From Octopus vulgaris (lineage: Eukaryota): a stretch of DNA of 64,000 nt. Where the stretch lies: NCBI GenBank assembly GCA_951406725.2, contig OX597834.1, positions 434,001 to 498,000 of the forward strand, read 5' to 3'. A program made the translations under genes and the position numbers. Shown here piece by piece: positions 12,775-24,040 of this stretch (position 1 is the first letter of the stretch; the number at the start of each line of letters is the position of its first letter). The notes under the pieces are model-generated. The model saw only the letters and a program-made list of their open reading frames with translations. It ran no database searches and had not been told where the DNA came from.

Positions 12775-13337
12775 ATATATATATATATATATATATCATC
12801 ATCATCGTTTACTGTCCACCTTCCATGCTGATATGGGTTGCATGGTTTAACAGGAGCTGGCCAGGCTGGAGCCTGCACTAGACTTCTCTGTCTATTTTGG
12901 CAGGGTTTTTACAGCTGAATGCTCTTCCCAAAACCACCCAACAGAGCTCCTACTTTTCCCTTGATTTACAATAATGTTAGTGTGCAGTATAGAGCAATTA
13001 ATAAGGAACTGATGAGTCTTGTTTCCAAGTTGGTTTTAATTACTTCAAAAAATATCAACCTGCAATTTCATTTAATAACAGTGGTTTTTAACAATATGAA
13101 AAAAAAATCAATATATTCTCTAATTTTCATAACCCTAATTAAATACTCAATTAACACATTAATTCTTCATTGATTTTTTTCTTCAATTTTAAATAGAAAC
13201 CACTGACCCTCATTTCCCTATCAGGTTTCTCCTCCTCATCACCAGTTGGCATTGACTTACATATGCAACAGGCACAATGGACGGTTGCACAAGGAGATTT
13301 GCAACACAAACTCATCCGTCCACAGCAACATACATAC

Positions 13338-13397
13338 CTGTCATCCACAATGATAGACACACCTCACATAACATTCCTTCATACATTCGGGTCTTAA
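13338..13397 (-). CDS. Candidate internal coding exon (KTRMYEGMLCEVCLSLWMT)
   Basis: Acceptor tcttttcaatgccacag and strong donor CAG|gtatgt. 60 nt, open, phase 1-1. Confidence 0.3.
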
Positions 13398-15799
13398 CTG
13401 TGGCATTGAAAAGACCTTTTCAGGAGTCTTTTTCCCAGGTAATCATTTGGTTAGCAGGAAACCCTGCTCACCCCAGTCTATAAACCTCACTATCATTTAC
13501 CTTATTTAAGACATTACCCATAAAACAGGGTTAATTAAACAATTAAATTGTATGAAGTTGACTTGATCATCAGTGATTTCTATCAAGGAAGACAATTCTT
13601 ACAAAACATCTGATTGGAAAAATGTTTACAGAAATGGAGACATTAATGTAAGTTTAGGGTCGATGTAAGTAATGTGTACAGAGCCATCTTTAAGCTGACC
13701 ACAGCAGCAGCAGCAGCAGAGGATTGCAACAAATGAAAGACTATCCTAGGCAAGGCAAAACAAATGAAAAGAAAAATGTGATCTAGTGAAGAAGATTGTA
13801 AGAAAGAAAAGAGATTTGATGGAGACAAGGAGAAAGATATGACAGATAAATGGAGAGAGATATGAGAGATAAGGACGGGGAAGTGGAGAGCAACCGAAAG
13901 CATTGTTATATTTGTCACATGACAACATAAGTTTTCGTTAATAATAAATGTTAAGATAGGAGTTAATAATAGGTTAAATTCCAGTTGTGCTTTGAACTAT
14001 AGGGTTTCCAATCTGTTGGTGTTTAAGAGAGGAATTAAATGATTCTTAGACATTTTATTATGCTTGAAAAAATATTTAGAATGGAAAATAATATATATTA
14101 TGTTTTTCTTTTTGTTTCCTTCTTTGATGAAATTAAAAATGAAGAAGTGTCTTGTTTTTATAATTAAATTCTATTCTAAGAAAGCAATGTCACAATCTCC
14201 AGTTCTTTGATACTAATTATTTCATGGTCAACGAACTTAGATAATTGCATTTCTTGATTATGAGAAGGTTATTAATGAATAAAGAATAATTAGTGTATTA
14301 TCAAGTTTCAGTAAAGATGACCAGAATAATCACCTACAAGTGCAATGTCTCATAAATATTAATTTAATTGAAATAATTGAACACCTCTGATGAGTTAACC
14401 TAATTCCCCTCACCCTACAACCATTTCTATCTTTGAAAACAATGTTTCAATTAGTTCTATTTTCTGATCATCTTCAGGTGTGATGTTACCTTCTTTGTAC
14501 AAACTTAACCAAAATGAGTCCCCTTTTACAGCCACTGGCACCATCACAACAACTCGTACCATCACAGCCACCACCACTGCCATAAGCATCACTATAGAAT
14601 TATTTCTTCTGTAAGAGAGACATTTGCAGGATTATCCAAGTGAATGGAGCCAAGTGATGAGAGCTCAACAGTTAAAGTAGCATCCTTAACAGTTTTTATT
14701 ATGATTTGCAGGCGGAACACAATAAGAGGCAAGCATTTTTTGTGAATGTGGTAGACATTTTTGGCCAAGTCATCTCTTTGGCTGTAGCCCTGCATGTTCA
14801 GAAATTATCGAGCAGTCAGAACCTGGGAAACAGCAGTTGATTGTCCAGATTTGTGTTCTACAATCTCTGATGGAAAACTAAAGGCATTTTAGGATCCCTT
14901 CAAAATAAGGATATCTTTGGTCAAGTGGAAGGGATAATAAGTCTGTGGGGCTGAGTTTCTAAAGAGGCTCCGATGACTCAAAGAGATAAAAGGGGAGAGA
15001 GAGTGTGAGATGATATGGTCGTGGTGGTGGGGAATGAGGATGGATAAAATATGAAGAGATTGATAGCTATGAGAGGGTGGTGGTGGAGAGAATAATATAG
15101 ACAGAGAGAAGGAGAGGGGGGTGGAAGGGAGGAAAGACAGAATGCTGTATTGAAATTATGGACAACTGGGTTACAGTTATGTTTGAACACATGACAGATT
15201 GCAACCAGTAGAATGGAGAAGTGAACCAAAATTAGATCTTTAGCAATGTGTAATTGTGTCCAATTTGGCTTGGACACCAGTGTTAATGAGTATAATTAGT
15301 GTTAAGAACAAGTAGGTAGGAACAAATTAACTATTTAGTTTTTATAACATTATTGGCCAACTACAATATTGCTTTTGACAGAGCAGACAAAAACCAATGG
15401 AGCAGCACGAGGTGGATAGAGGCAGAAGTTAATAACAATGAATGAAAAATGACTTTTAAATGATTCTCTTCCTATAATTCATTTGGAAGCTGTCGCAGAA
15501 ACAAGATTTGGTAAAAACAAACAAAACAAAAATAAGATAAAAAGAAAGGGTAAACGTTTATGAAATGGTTTAAAATGAAACTATTTAAATTTGATCAACT
15601 AAAGACAAATGTTTATCTATGAATTAGAGAAAGCAGACTTTCTTTGATAAAAATAGTAAATCTGTGAAATAAAACTATTTTCTCTACAAATATTTTCAAC
15701 ATGTTTCCAGTCAATTTTGGATTTCTGGTCTCCATTATCTGTGATTCACAGACACACAGACAGACAGATAGACAGACAGACACACACACACACACTTAG

Positions 15800-16990
15800 A
15801 ACTTTTCTCTTACAATAAGACCATAATGCACAATACATTTGCAGTACCAGTGATAGTGCCAATGTTTGGGATATTTGACTGGTCCATTCCATAGACATCA
15901 AAACTTGCAAAGTCATGATATCAACTGGAAACTTCCACAGAAGCAGTAAAATCTACCTAAAAGAGAGGATGAAGGTCGAGTCTCTCTCATTCAGCTAAAC
16001 AACAGCAGCAGAAATATATAAACTTTGTACAGGAAAAACTGAGGAGAACATGTCAGCAGTGAGCTCTTCAGGAACCATTCTCTTCCTGACAAACTGCTAT
16101 ACAACCCCAGAATGGCTGGACTAACATACTTCAAAGTAGTCTTGGATGGGAAATGCTCAGCTTATAAAAAAAGACTTGGATATGTTTCCTAAAGATCTGC
16201 AGAAGATTAAAATTGGTTTCAAATTTTGGCACAAGACCAGTAATTTCAGAGGAAGAGTAAGTCAATTCCATTGACCCCACTGTTCAATTGGTACTTATTT
16301 GGTCGACCCCGAAAAGATGAATGGCAAAGTTGACTGCTGCAGAATTTGAACTCAGAACATAGACTATTAAGCAAGAGATTGCAACAAAATATCTAAGGAA
16401 CAAAAGAGAAATTGAAGCTTTGGACCTCTATGATGCTACCAAAAATGTAGATTATGTCACATTTTTGTGGAAGACATCACATCTGTGATAAGCAGCCAAA
16501 AATGTCAGCAAAGTTCTGCTTCCTGCTGCAGCAGAACATTATCTCTGAAACAATTCAATCTGAAACAAAGAAATGGCTGTCCTTGTATAAATATTTAAAA
16601 AATCCCTTTGTTATTGAACATTTACATAAACACGAACACAAAGAATACTGGTGGAACATTCCCATCAAAACTTCTACCAAACGTAAACATAACAGGTTGG
16701 ATTTTGCCATTTGGAACAAGCAAAGAATATGTACCGTCTTAGAGTTCAGCTGCCCTGCTGATGTGAATATCGTTTTGAAAATCAAAGAGAAACAGGACAA
16801 CTGCAAGTAACTGTTTCAAAGCCTCCAAATTCTATGCCTAGATTACATTTATACCAATAATAATTGGTACATTTGGTTTTGTTAGTGGCAGTTTGGAGAA
16901 GCTGGTGTTTACAGAAAAAGAAATTGACCAGTTAATCTGATCCAATCTGTAAGTGGAACAATGGAAAATATGCAAGACTTTTCTCAAGCT
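15800..16990 (+). mobile_element. Decayed R4/Dong-like RLE non-LTR retrotransposon, interrupted by a SINE (~16215-16360)
   Basis: SYNKTIMHNTFAVPV..FGIFDW..DIKTCK..GNFH..IYLKRE.EGR (post-RT region) and EYWWNIPIKTSTKRKHNRLDFAIW..LEFSCPADVN..KEK..IPIIIGTFG (PD-(D/E)xK endonuclease, NRPD motif). Confidence 0.8.
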
Positions 16991-17119
16991 GAGCATGGGA
17001 ATTTGTTTTTACATTTTTACATTTGAACAATGGAGCTTTGTCTCCATTAGAAACCAGCTCCATCCTTACAGGAAGACTTCAAATAATTGATAGTAGAAGG
17101 GAGCATAGATTCATTCATT

Positions 17120-17257
17120 CATACATACACACACACACACATACATACACACATACACACATACATACATACATACATACATACATACATACATACATAC
17201 ATACATACATACATACATACATACATACATACATACATACATACATACATACATACG
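17120..17257. repeat. (CATA)n/(CA)n microsatellite
   Basis: Direct reading. Confidence 0.95.
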
Positions 17258-17965
17258 TATATATGTGTTTGCTTTTATGTTCATAATAGAGATAAATAGT
17301 TCAATATTAAACTGAAGGATCAACCCAAACTCTTGCACAATCAGTTCAATGGTGTCCACACTCGACATATGATGGAAACGCTGAGCTTTATTTCAGTCGA
17401 CTTTTAATGCCAACCACTCTGTGACACTAAAGATTCCTGTGGGGTGGGCACTGTTGGAGAAACAATGTTATTGAAATCTACTTACAACAAAGAATCAACA
17501 AGAATGCCTTGGTTTGCTACAGATGCATGAAGAGAATAATGGCAAACCTGCCGACTGCTCTGAAGGTCACCCATCAGGTGTGTGCAAGTTTAGAAATAAT
17601 GAAGATGTGGCTGTGTGGTTCAGAAGGTCATTCCCCAACCATTTGGCTTCAGATTCAATCCCATTGTGCAGCACTTTCAACAAATGTTTTCTTGTGTATC
17701 CTTGCACTAACCAAAGTCTGGTGGATGGCTTTGGCAGACTGAAACTGAAACAAGCCATTCATATATAATGTGTGTGTGTGAGTGACGAGCTCTTTGCTTT
17801 GTGATAGTTGTAAAAATGTCTGGTCAAGGGGAATATGACCTTGCTTGAAGACAGGGGAGGGTTGGTGACAGAGAGAGCATCCAACTATACAAGATGTGTT
17901 TCGATGCAAAGGGAATGTGAAAATGTTGCTACTGCTAAGGATGATGTGGAGGAATTATGACAAGG

Positions 17966-18006
<41 letters not shown>

Positions 18007-18020
18007 CGCACACACACACT

Positions 18021-18056
<36 letters not shown>

Positions 18057-18299
18057 TGCACACATGTATGGGCTTCTTGCAGTTTCCATCTGCCAAGTCT
18101 CCACTCACAAGGCTTTTTGGTTGGCTTGAGGCTGTAGTAGAAGACACTCAGCCAGGATGTTCAGTGGGGCAGAGTTTAAAGCCGTAAGGTTTTGTGCCTT
18201 ATTTCTGTCGGCTGTAATTAAGCCAGTTATCTGTTTATTATTATAATATTGATTATACCTGTCATTGATTATTAATGACTTGTGTGTCCATAACATAGA

Positions 18300-18446
18300 T
18301 ACGTACACACATACACACACACACGCACATATATATATATATATATATATATACTAAGTAATTAAGGGTTCATTCACTCTTTATTATTATTATATATATA
18401 TATATACACACACACACATTTATATACACACATATACATACACACA

Positions 18447-18500
<54 letters not shown>

Positions 18501-18773
18501 TGTATACATATACATACATACACACACATATATACATATACACACATGCACAGACATATATATACATATACACACATGCACACACACACATATATATACA
18601 CATACACACACACATATATATATACATACAAACACACACATATATATATACATACAAACACACACACATATATATATATATACATACAAACACACACATA
18701 TATATCTACATATACATACATATATACATACACACACACACATACACACACACACACACACGCACACACACAT
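18300..18773. repeat. Compound (TA)/(CA) low-complexity tract
   Basis: Direct reading; source of the spurious Y/I/H/T/C/V-rich ORFs. Confidence 0.95.
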
Positions 18774-19249
18774 ATTGTCCAGATTTACAAATATGATAAA
18801 AATGAAATAAATGATTTTTTATTAATTATGTTGCTTCGATGTATTTTTGTTTTAATGAAAGGAAAAATATTCTGAAAGTGGAAGTAATGAGGTTTGTGTA
18901 GGTGAGGCTGGCATGGAAGGGAACATACCAGTGCGCAAGTTGCAAGGATCACTGTTACACATTGATAACAACAACAACAACAACATCAACAAAAGCAACA
19001 GCCTGGAGATATTTCATTGCTGCTGCTGTTGCTGCTGTGCCGTGTCACTTGCAATATCTCTTACTGCACAACTCGATGCAGTGGCATGTTGATGGTGCCC
19101 CTCGACACAGACTGCAACTGTTGCTGCTACACAATCAGCTGCAGTGGCGTAATAATGCATCTAATGGCTGTTCTACCGATGCTACATCACCACCGCCAAC
19201 ACCAACGCGAACAACAACCTGCTAAAGCTGCAACAGAATAATTGCTAGT

Positions 19250-19281
<32 letters not shown>

Positions 19282-20081
19282 CAGCAGCAGCAGCATGTTG
19301 TCATAATATCAGTTGTTAGTGTTACATCTTCTACAGTAATGGAGCAGGTGTCGTTGGACTTGGCTCCTGCTAGAATTTCGTTTGTATTCAGAGAAATAAT
19401 GGGGGAAAAAATATATACATAATATTGATCTTTAAACTAGGCCAAAGGCTCTGATTTTAGGGGAGACTCTGAGACCCTTACACGTGGGCTTCTTAAAGAC
19501 TGTCTTTCCTGTAGTTCCTCTTCTGCCATCTTTTCATCTTCACTCACTACCCCCTCCCCCACATACATACAAACTGAATGGCTTTGTGTGAAACACATTT
19601 TATTACATAACATTAACATGAACAGGTATCTGTGTGTGTTTATATATATATATATGAACATTTATATGTAAGGATAATTGTATATGCGTGTATGTATGTA
19701 TACATGTATATATGTGTATGTGTGTGTTATGTATGCATGTATTTATAATGTGTTAATGTATATATGTATATTTATATGTAGTATATATGCATATATGTAT
19801 ATGCATCAATGAATGTGTGTTTTTATGTATATTTAACTGTAAGTATGAATGTATATATATGTGTGTGTGTGTGTGTGTGTATTTATATGTAAGTATATAT
19901 CTAACTCCTTCAAGTTTAAGAATTTTGTGTAGAAACAAGCAAAACGAACCCATTGTGCTTCATCCTTTGACCTCTGGAGGATAAACAACAAAATTAACTC
20001 AGAATTAAAAAAGAAAAAGCCCATAAATTTCCAGGGCACCTCGTGATGCTCTACCGATTCTGTCTCCCTCATATATATATA

Positions 20082-20975
20082 TCATCATCCTTATCATTTA
20101 ATGTCCATTGTCCATGCTGGCATGGGTTGTATGGTGTGACTGGGCTGCCATGCTGGAAGGCTGCACCAGACTCCAGTCTGATTTGGAATGGCTTTCCATG
20201 GCTGGATTCCCTTCCTAATACCAACCACTCTGAGATTGTAATGGGTGCTTTTACATGCCACCAACATGGGCGCCATTTGCGTGACACTGGGGTGCATTTA
20301 TGTGTCACTGCATGGGTGCCAATTTGCGTGACATCGATATCTGCCACGACTACGATTTTGCTTGGCTTGACAGGTCTTCTTTTCAAGCACAACATAATGC
20401 CAAAGATCTTGGTTATTGCCTTTGTGAGGCCCAACACTTGAAAGGAACTCAGCCGCTTTGCCTCCGTGAGACCCGATGTTCAAAAGGTGTTCTTTTCATG
20501 CCACCAGTACGAGTGCACTTGGCTTGACAGCTCCTCTTCAGCACAGCACATCACCAAAAATCTTGGTCACCAATCATTGCCTTTGTGAGGCTCAAAGTTC
20601 AAAGATCCTTCACCACCTCATCCTATGTCTTCCTGGGTCCTACCTTTACCAATTGTTCCCTCCACAATTAGAGATTGGCTCTTCTTTACACAGCTGCCCT
20701 CATCCGAACGCATCACATGACCACACCAGTCGTCTGTCTTGCACACCTCATCTGATGCTTCTTATGCCTAACATTTCTCTCAAGATGTTTACACTCTGTC
20801 GAACATGCACACCGACCTTGCACATCCAGCGAAGCATGCTGGTTTCATTTCTCTTAAGCCTAAACATGTCCTCAGCTGTCACAGCCCATGTTTCACTACC
20901 TTGCAGCATGGCTGTTCGCACATAAGCATCAAACAATCGGCCTTTCACTGTGAGGGAGAGGCCTTTTGTTGCCAA
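20082..20975 (-). mobile_element. 3' fragment of the RTE family
   Basis: ORF 20748-20975 (KGRLFDAYVRTAMLQGSETWAVTAED) is paralogous to 1975-2200; 3' UTR and (CAT)n tail at 20082. Confidence 0.9.
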
Positions 20976-22128
20976 TCTTCCCTACTCCTTCCTACTCTGT
21001 TACTTTAACCCCATTCTTACCCTTTCACAACTATAAATCTCATCAGCCCCACCCCCACCTCTCTCATCTATCCCCGTCACTTGAAATGATTGACCCTCTC
21101 TATTCTATTCTGTTTCAGTTGTAGGAGTCACTTCAGGCTGTCAATCTTGAAAGGTGACTTCACTAGGTAAAAAAAAAAAGCACCCAGTACGCTCTGTAAA
21201 ATAGTTGGGCTTCGCGCCATAAAAAGTATGTCGAAGCAGACAACTGGAGCTGAGTGCAGTTCTCTGACCTAATCGCATTCTGTCAAACTGTCCAACCGAT
21301 GCCAGCATGAAAGATGATGATGATGTATGCATAATACACACATTCATATTTACATTGTATCTTGAATATTCATACTTATAAGAATCTCTTTCAATGTTAC
21401 AATATCTCAAATTATTTGAGGGAGGGATGTGCTTCAAGGTGTATTTGACCTCAGCACATGACTGGTATTTATCGAGCAAATGAGAGTGTTTTTAAGTGTT
21501 TGCTCGATCTGCTAGAAATAAGCTATAAAAGCAATCTTCACAACACACTGTACTGTTTTAAAAGAAGGACTTATTAGATAATGTTGTCCTAGATAGATTA
21601 TAGTTGGAAAATTTTGGGCTGGTCATGGCTGGCTTGTCTCTGTTCAATCAATAAGACTGAAGTGGTGAAAATGAAAATATGACTGGTAGAATTTGAACCT
21701 AAGACTGCAGAGGAAATATCTAAATAATATTCTTGATCTTCATCTCTGTTATCTCTGCCAATCTGCAGTCTATATAATGCAACAACAAACAATAACAAGT
21801 TCAAGCTAATCTCTACAACAATTGTCAGCATGGAACCAGTTGGAATGTTATTGCAAGATAGAAGGACACACATTCTTGTGAGCAACAGAGAGAATGTAGA
21901 ACTTATTTCATTGACATCGGAGTTTCACTGGTTGTTTTGTTTATTGCAGTCAGAGAAATGGTCAGAAAAAAAAAGACAAAAAAACCCCCAGTTATTACTA
22001 ATATCAGATTTGTGGAATCATTCTTATATTAGCAGGAGACAAAAATATTGGTTCAAAGTTTCTTTGGCTTTTCTTAATAAATTCTTCCAAGATACTGAAA
22101 TTGTGCAGATTTATATATATATATAGAA

Positions 22129-22184
<56 letters not shown>

Positions 22185-22625
22185 CAGGAGAATAGAGATT
22201 TGTGCATCCAAATGTTATTATACAGTTTATCACTTCATTCTTCATCAAGCGACCTATGTGTATTTCCACTGCAAGCCACTGCACACTTAAGTGTGCATCT
22301 TGATGTTAATTATTGGTCCAACATCACCAGGGTCTGTTATTACTCCTAGCTAGCCAGGGTAATATAAAGGTCAAGAGATATATGACTATTTATAGGAATG
22401 CTAACACCACATAAGCGAATAATTTTGGTCAAGCTCATACTGCCATCAGATGATATCCGATCAACAGTAATAATAGACTCTGATGAAGTTGCACCGATAG
22501 TTAACACCAAAATGCACACTTAACCATGTGCAGTGGCTTGCAGCAGAAATGCATGTAGGTCTTGACAAAGAACAATGTGATTGACTTTATAATAAGACTT
22601 GGATGTGCAAATCTCTGTTCTGCTG
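22185..22625. repeat. Foldback element (~160-bp diverged arms) with decayed HHR-like cores
   Basis: 22185-22345 is the reverse complement of 22466-22625 (e.g. TGCAAGCCACTGCACA / TGTGCAGTGGCTTGCA). CTGATGA at 22480. Confidence 0.8.
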
Positions 22626-22994
22626 ATCCCTTTTAATTTCATTATTTTTTCTCTATGGAAACTATTTAGTCCTTATGAGGATATTTGGATTTACCGACGG
22701 AAGGTTAACTAAGTATAGTAAATTTTAACTAACTTGAGTTTCATCAGTGTTCACTGTGGCCTGCCACCATTGACAACTGATAATACTGAACAGGGTATCT
22801 GCTAGGATTCTATATCCCTTGAAACCATTTTGGTATATACATTACATACATACACACACACATATATATAGACATATGTTAATAAATTATATATTGATTA
22901 ATAAGTAAGAGACTTGGTCTGAGACTGTCTTGAAATGGAAGCAATTACAGCTTTTTGTTTTCAGAAATTCTCTGTGAATTATATACACATGGAT

Positions 22995-23348
22995 AGAGAT
23001 CGTTACCTGCATTTCGTTACTAGCACCTGTGTTGGTGGCACATGAAAAACATTCAAAGTGAGGTCGGTGCCAGTGCCACTGGACTGGCTCCTGTGCAAGT
23101 GGCACATAAAAAGCACCATCTGAGCGTGGCTGTTGCTAGTACCGCCTGACTGGCCCTTGTACCGGTGGCATGTAAAAGCATGCCCTACACTCTCAGAGTG
23201 TTTGGCGTTAGGAAGGGCATCCAGCAGTAGAAACTCTGCCAGATCAGATTGGAGTCTGGTGCAGCCATCTGGTTCGCCAAACCTCAGTCAAATCATCCAA
23301 CCCATGCTAGCAGGGAAAGTGGACGTTAAACGATGATGATGATGATGA
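22995..23348 (+). mobile_element. RTE-family 3' UTR-only copy
   Basis: Matches 2620-2926 including the GTGGCAC-AAAAGCACC units and (GAT)n tail. Similar copies at 10020-10195, 12795-12925(-), 21180-21325, 42428-42620(-), 42870-43065, 49665-49905. Confidence 0.85.
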
Positions 23349-23422
23349 AATATATATAAAATTAATGCAAACATCAGTTTGCAATGTTTCACCAAAGAGA
23401 AGAATTGTAATTGTCACTAAAC

Positions 23423-23890
23423 GTGACCAGGGTGTTAGGAAACACCTACATTGCTAGAAATAAGAGCTAAAATACTCTAATGCTGTAGTTAATGCACATG
23501 AATGAAAACATATACACTAACAGGGACCATAATTGTCCAAAAAATTCTGACTGAGATTTCTTAAGACTGACACATCAGATTTGGCAATTTCTGTTGTTAT
23601 CAGTTAAGCCAGTGAATCACTAAATCATCCATTAATTTGGATGACAATACAACATATGCTAATAAAGAAACAGGTCCAGAAATAACCAAACACTGAGCTG
23701 GCTTAACTGATGATGGCAACAGAAACGGCCAAATCTGATGTGTCAGTCTTAAGAATTCTCTGTCAATATTTTAGGGACGATTATACTCCCCGTTAGTGTA
23801 TATGTTTTCATTCATGTGCATTAACTGCAGCATTAGAGTATTTTAGCTCTTATTTCTAGCAACGTAGTTGTTTTTTAACATCCTAGTCAC
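23423..23890. repeat. Foldback element (~190-bp arms) with HHR-like core
   Basis: 23423-23613 mirrors 23698-23890 (e.g. TTGCTAGAAATAAGAGCTAAAATACTCTAATGCTG, perfect). CTGATGA-TG-GCAA-CA-GAAAC at 23707-23726. Confidence 0.9.
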
Positions 23891-23956
23891 ACACACACAC
23901 ACACAGACATACATACACACATTATCTGCAGTGTACTGTATTATATATCCATCACA

Positions 23957-24040
23957 GCTGATCTTACCGATTGGTTTCATGCTAGGAGTACAATGGAGTT
24001 AATAATCCTATTATATAACTCTACACTCATCAGAGGTAGC
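23957..24040 (-). ncRNA. Hammerhead ribozyme-like fold (Penelope-type)
   Basis: Minus strand: GCTACCT-CTGATGA-GTG(TAGAGTTA..TAACTC)..CAT-GAAA-CCAATCG-GTA-AGATCAGC. Intact core, near-palindromic stem III ACCAATCGGT, GUA site; stem I imperfect. Confidence 0.55.

Noticed and set aside
13151-13360. Cys-rich ORF resembling a metallothionein/toxin
   Set aside because: Starts at a non-ATG codon, Cys arise from TG-rich sequence, and an overlapping alternative exon reading is better supported.
14478-14610. Plus-strand acceptor/donor-flanked open frame (VMLPSLYKLNQNESPFTATG...)
   Set aside because: Thr-rich low complexity; no partner exons on that strand.
18902-19295. 107-aa ORF and CAG/CAA-rich tract
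   Set aside because: Low-complexity trinucleotide sequence with no splice or family support.
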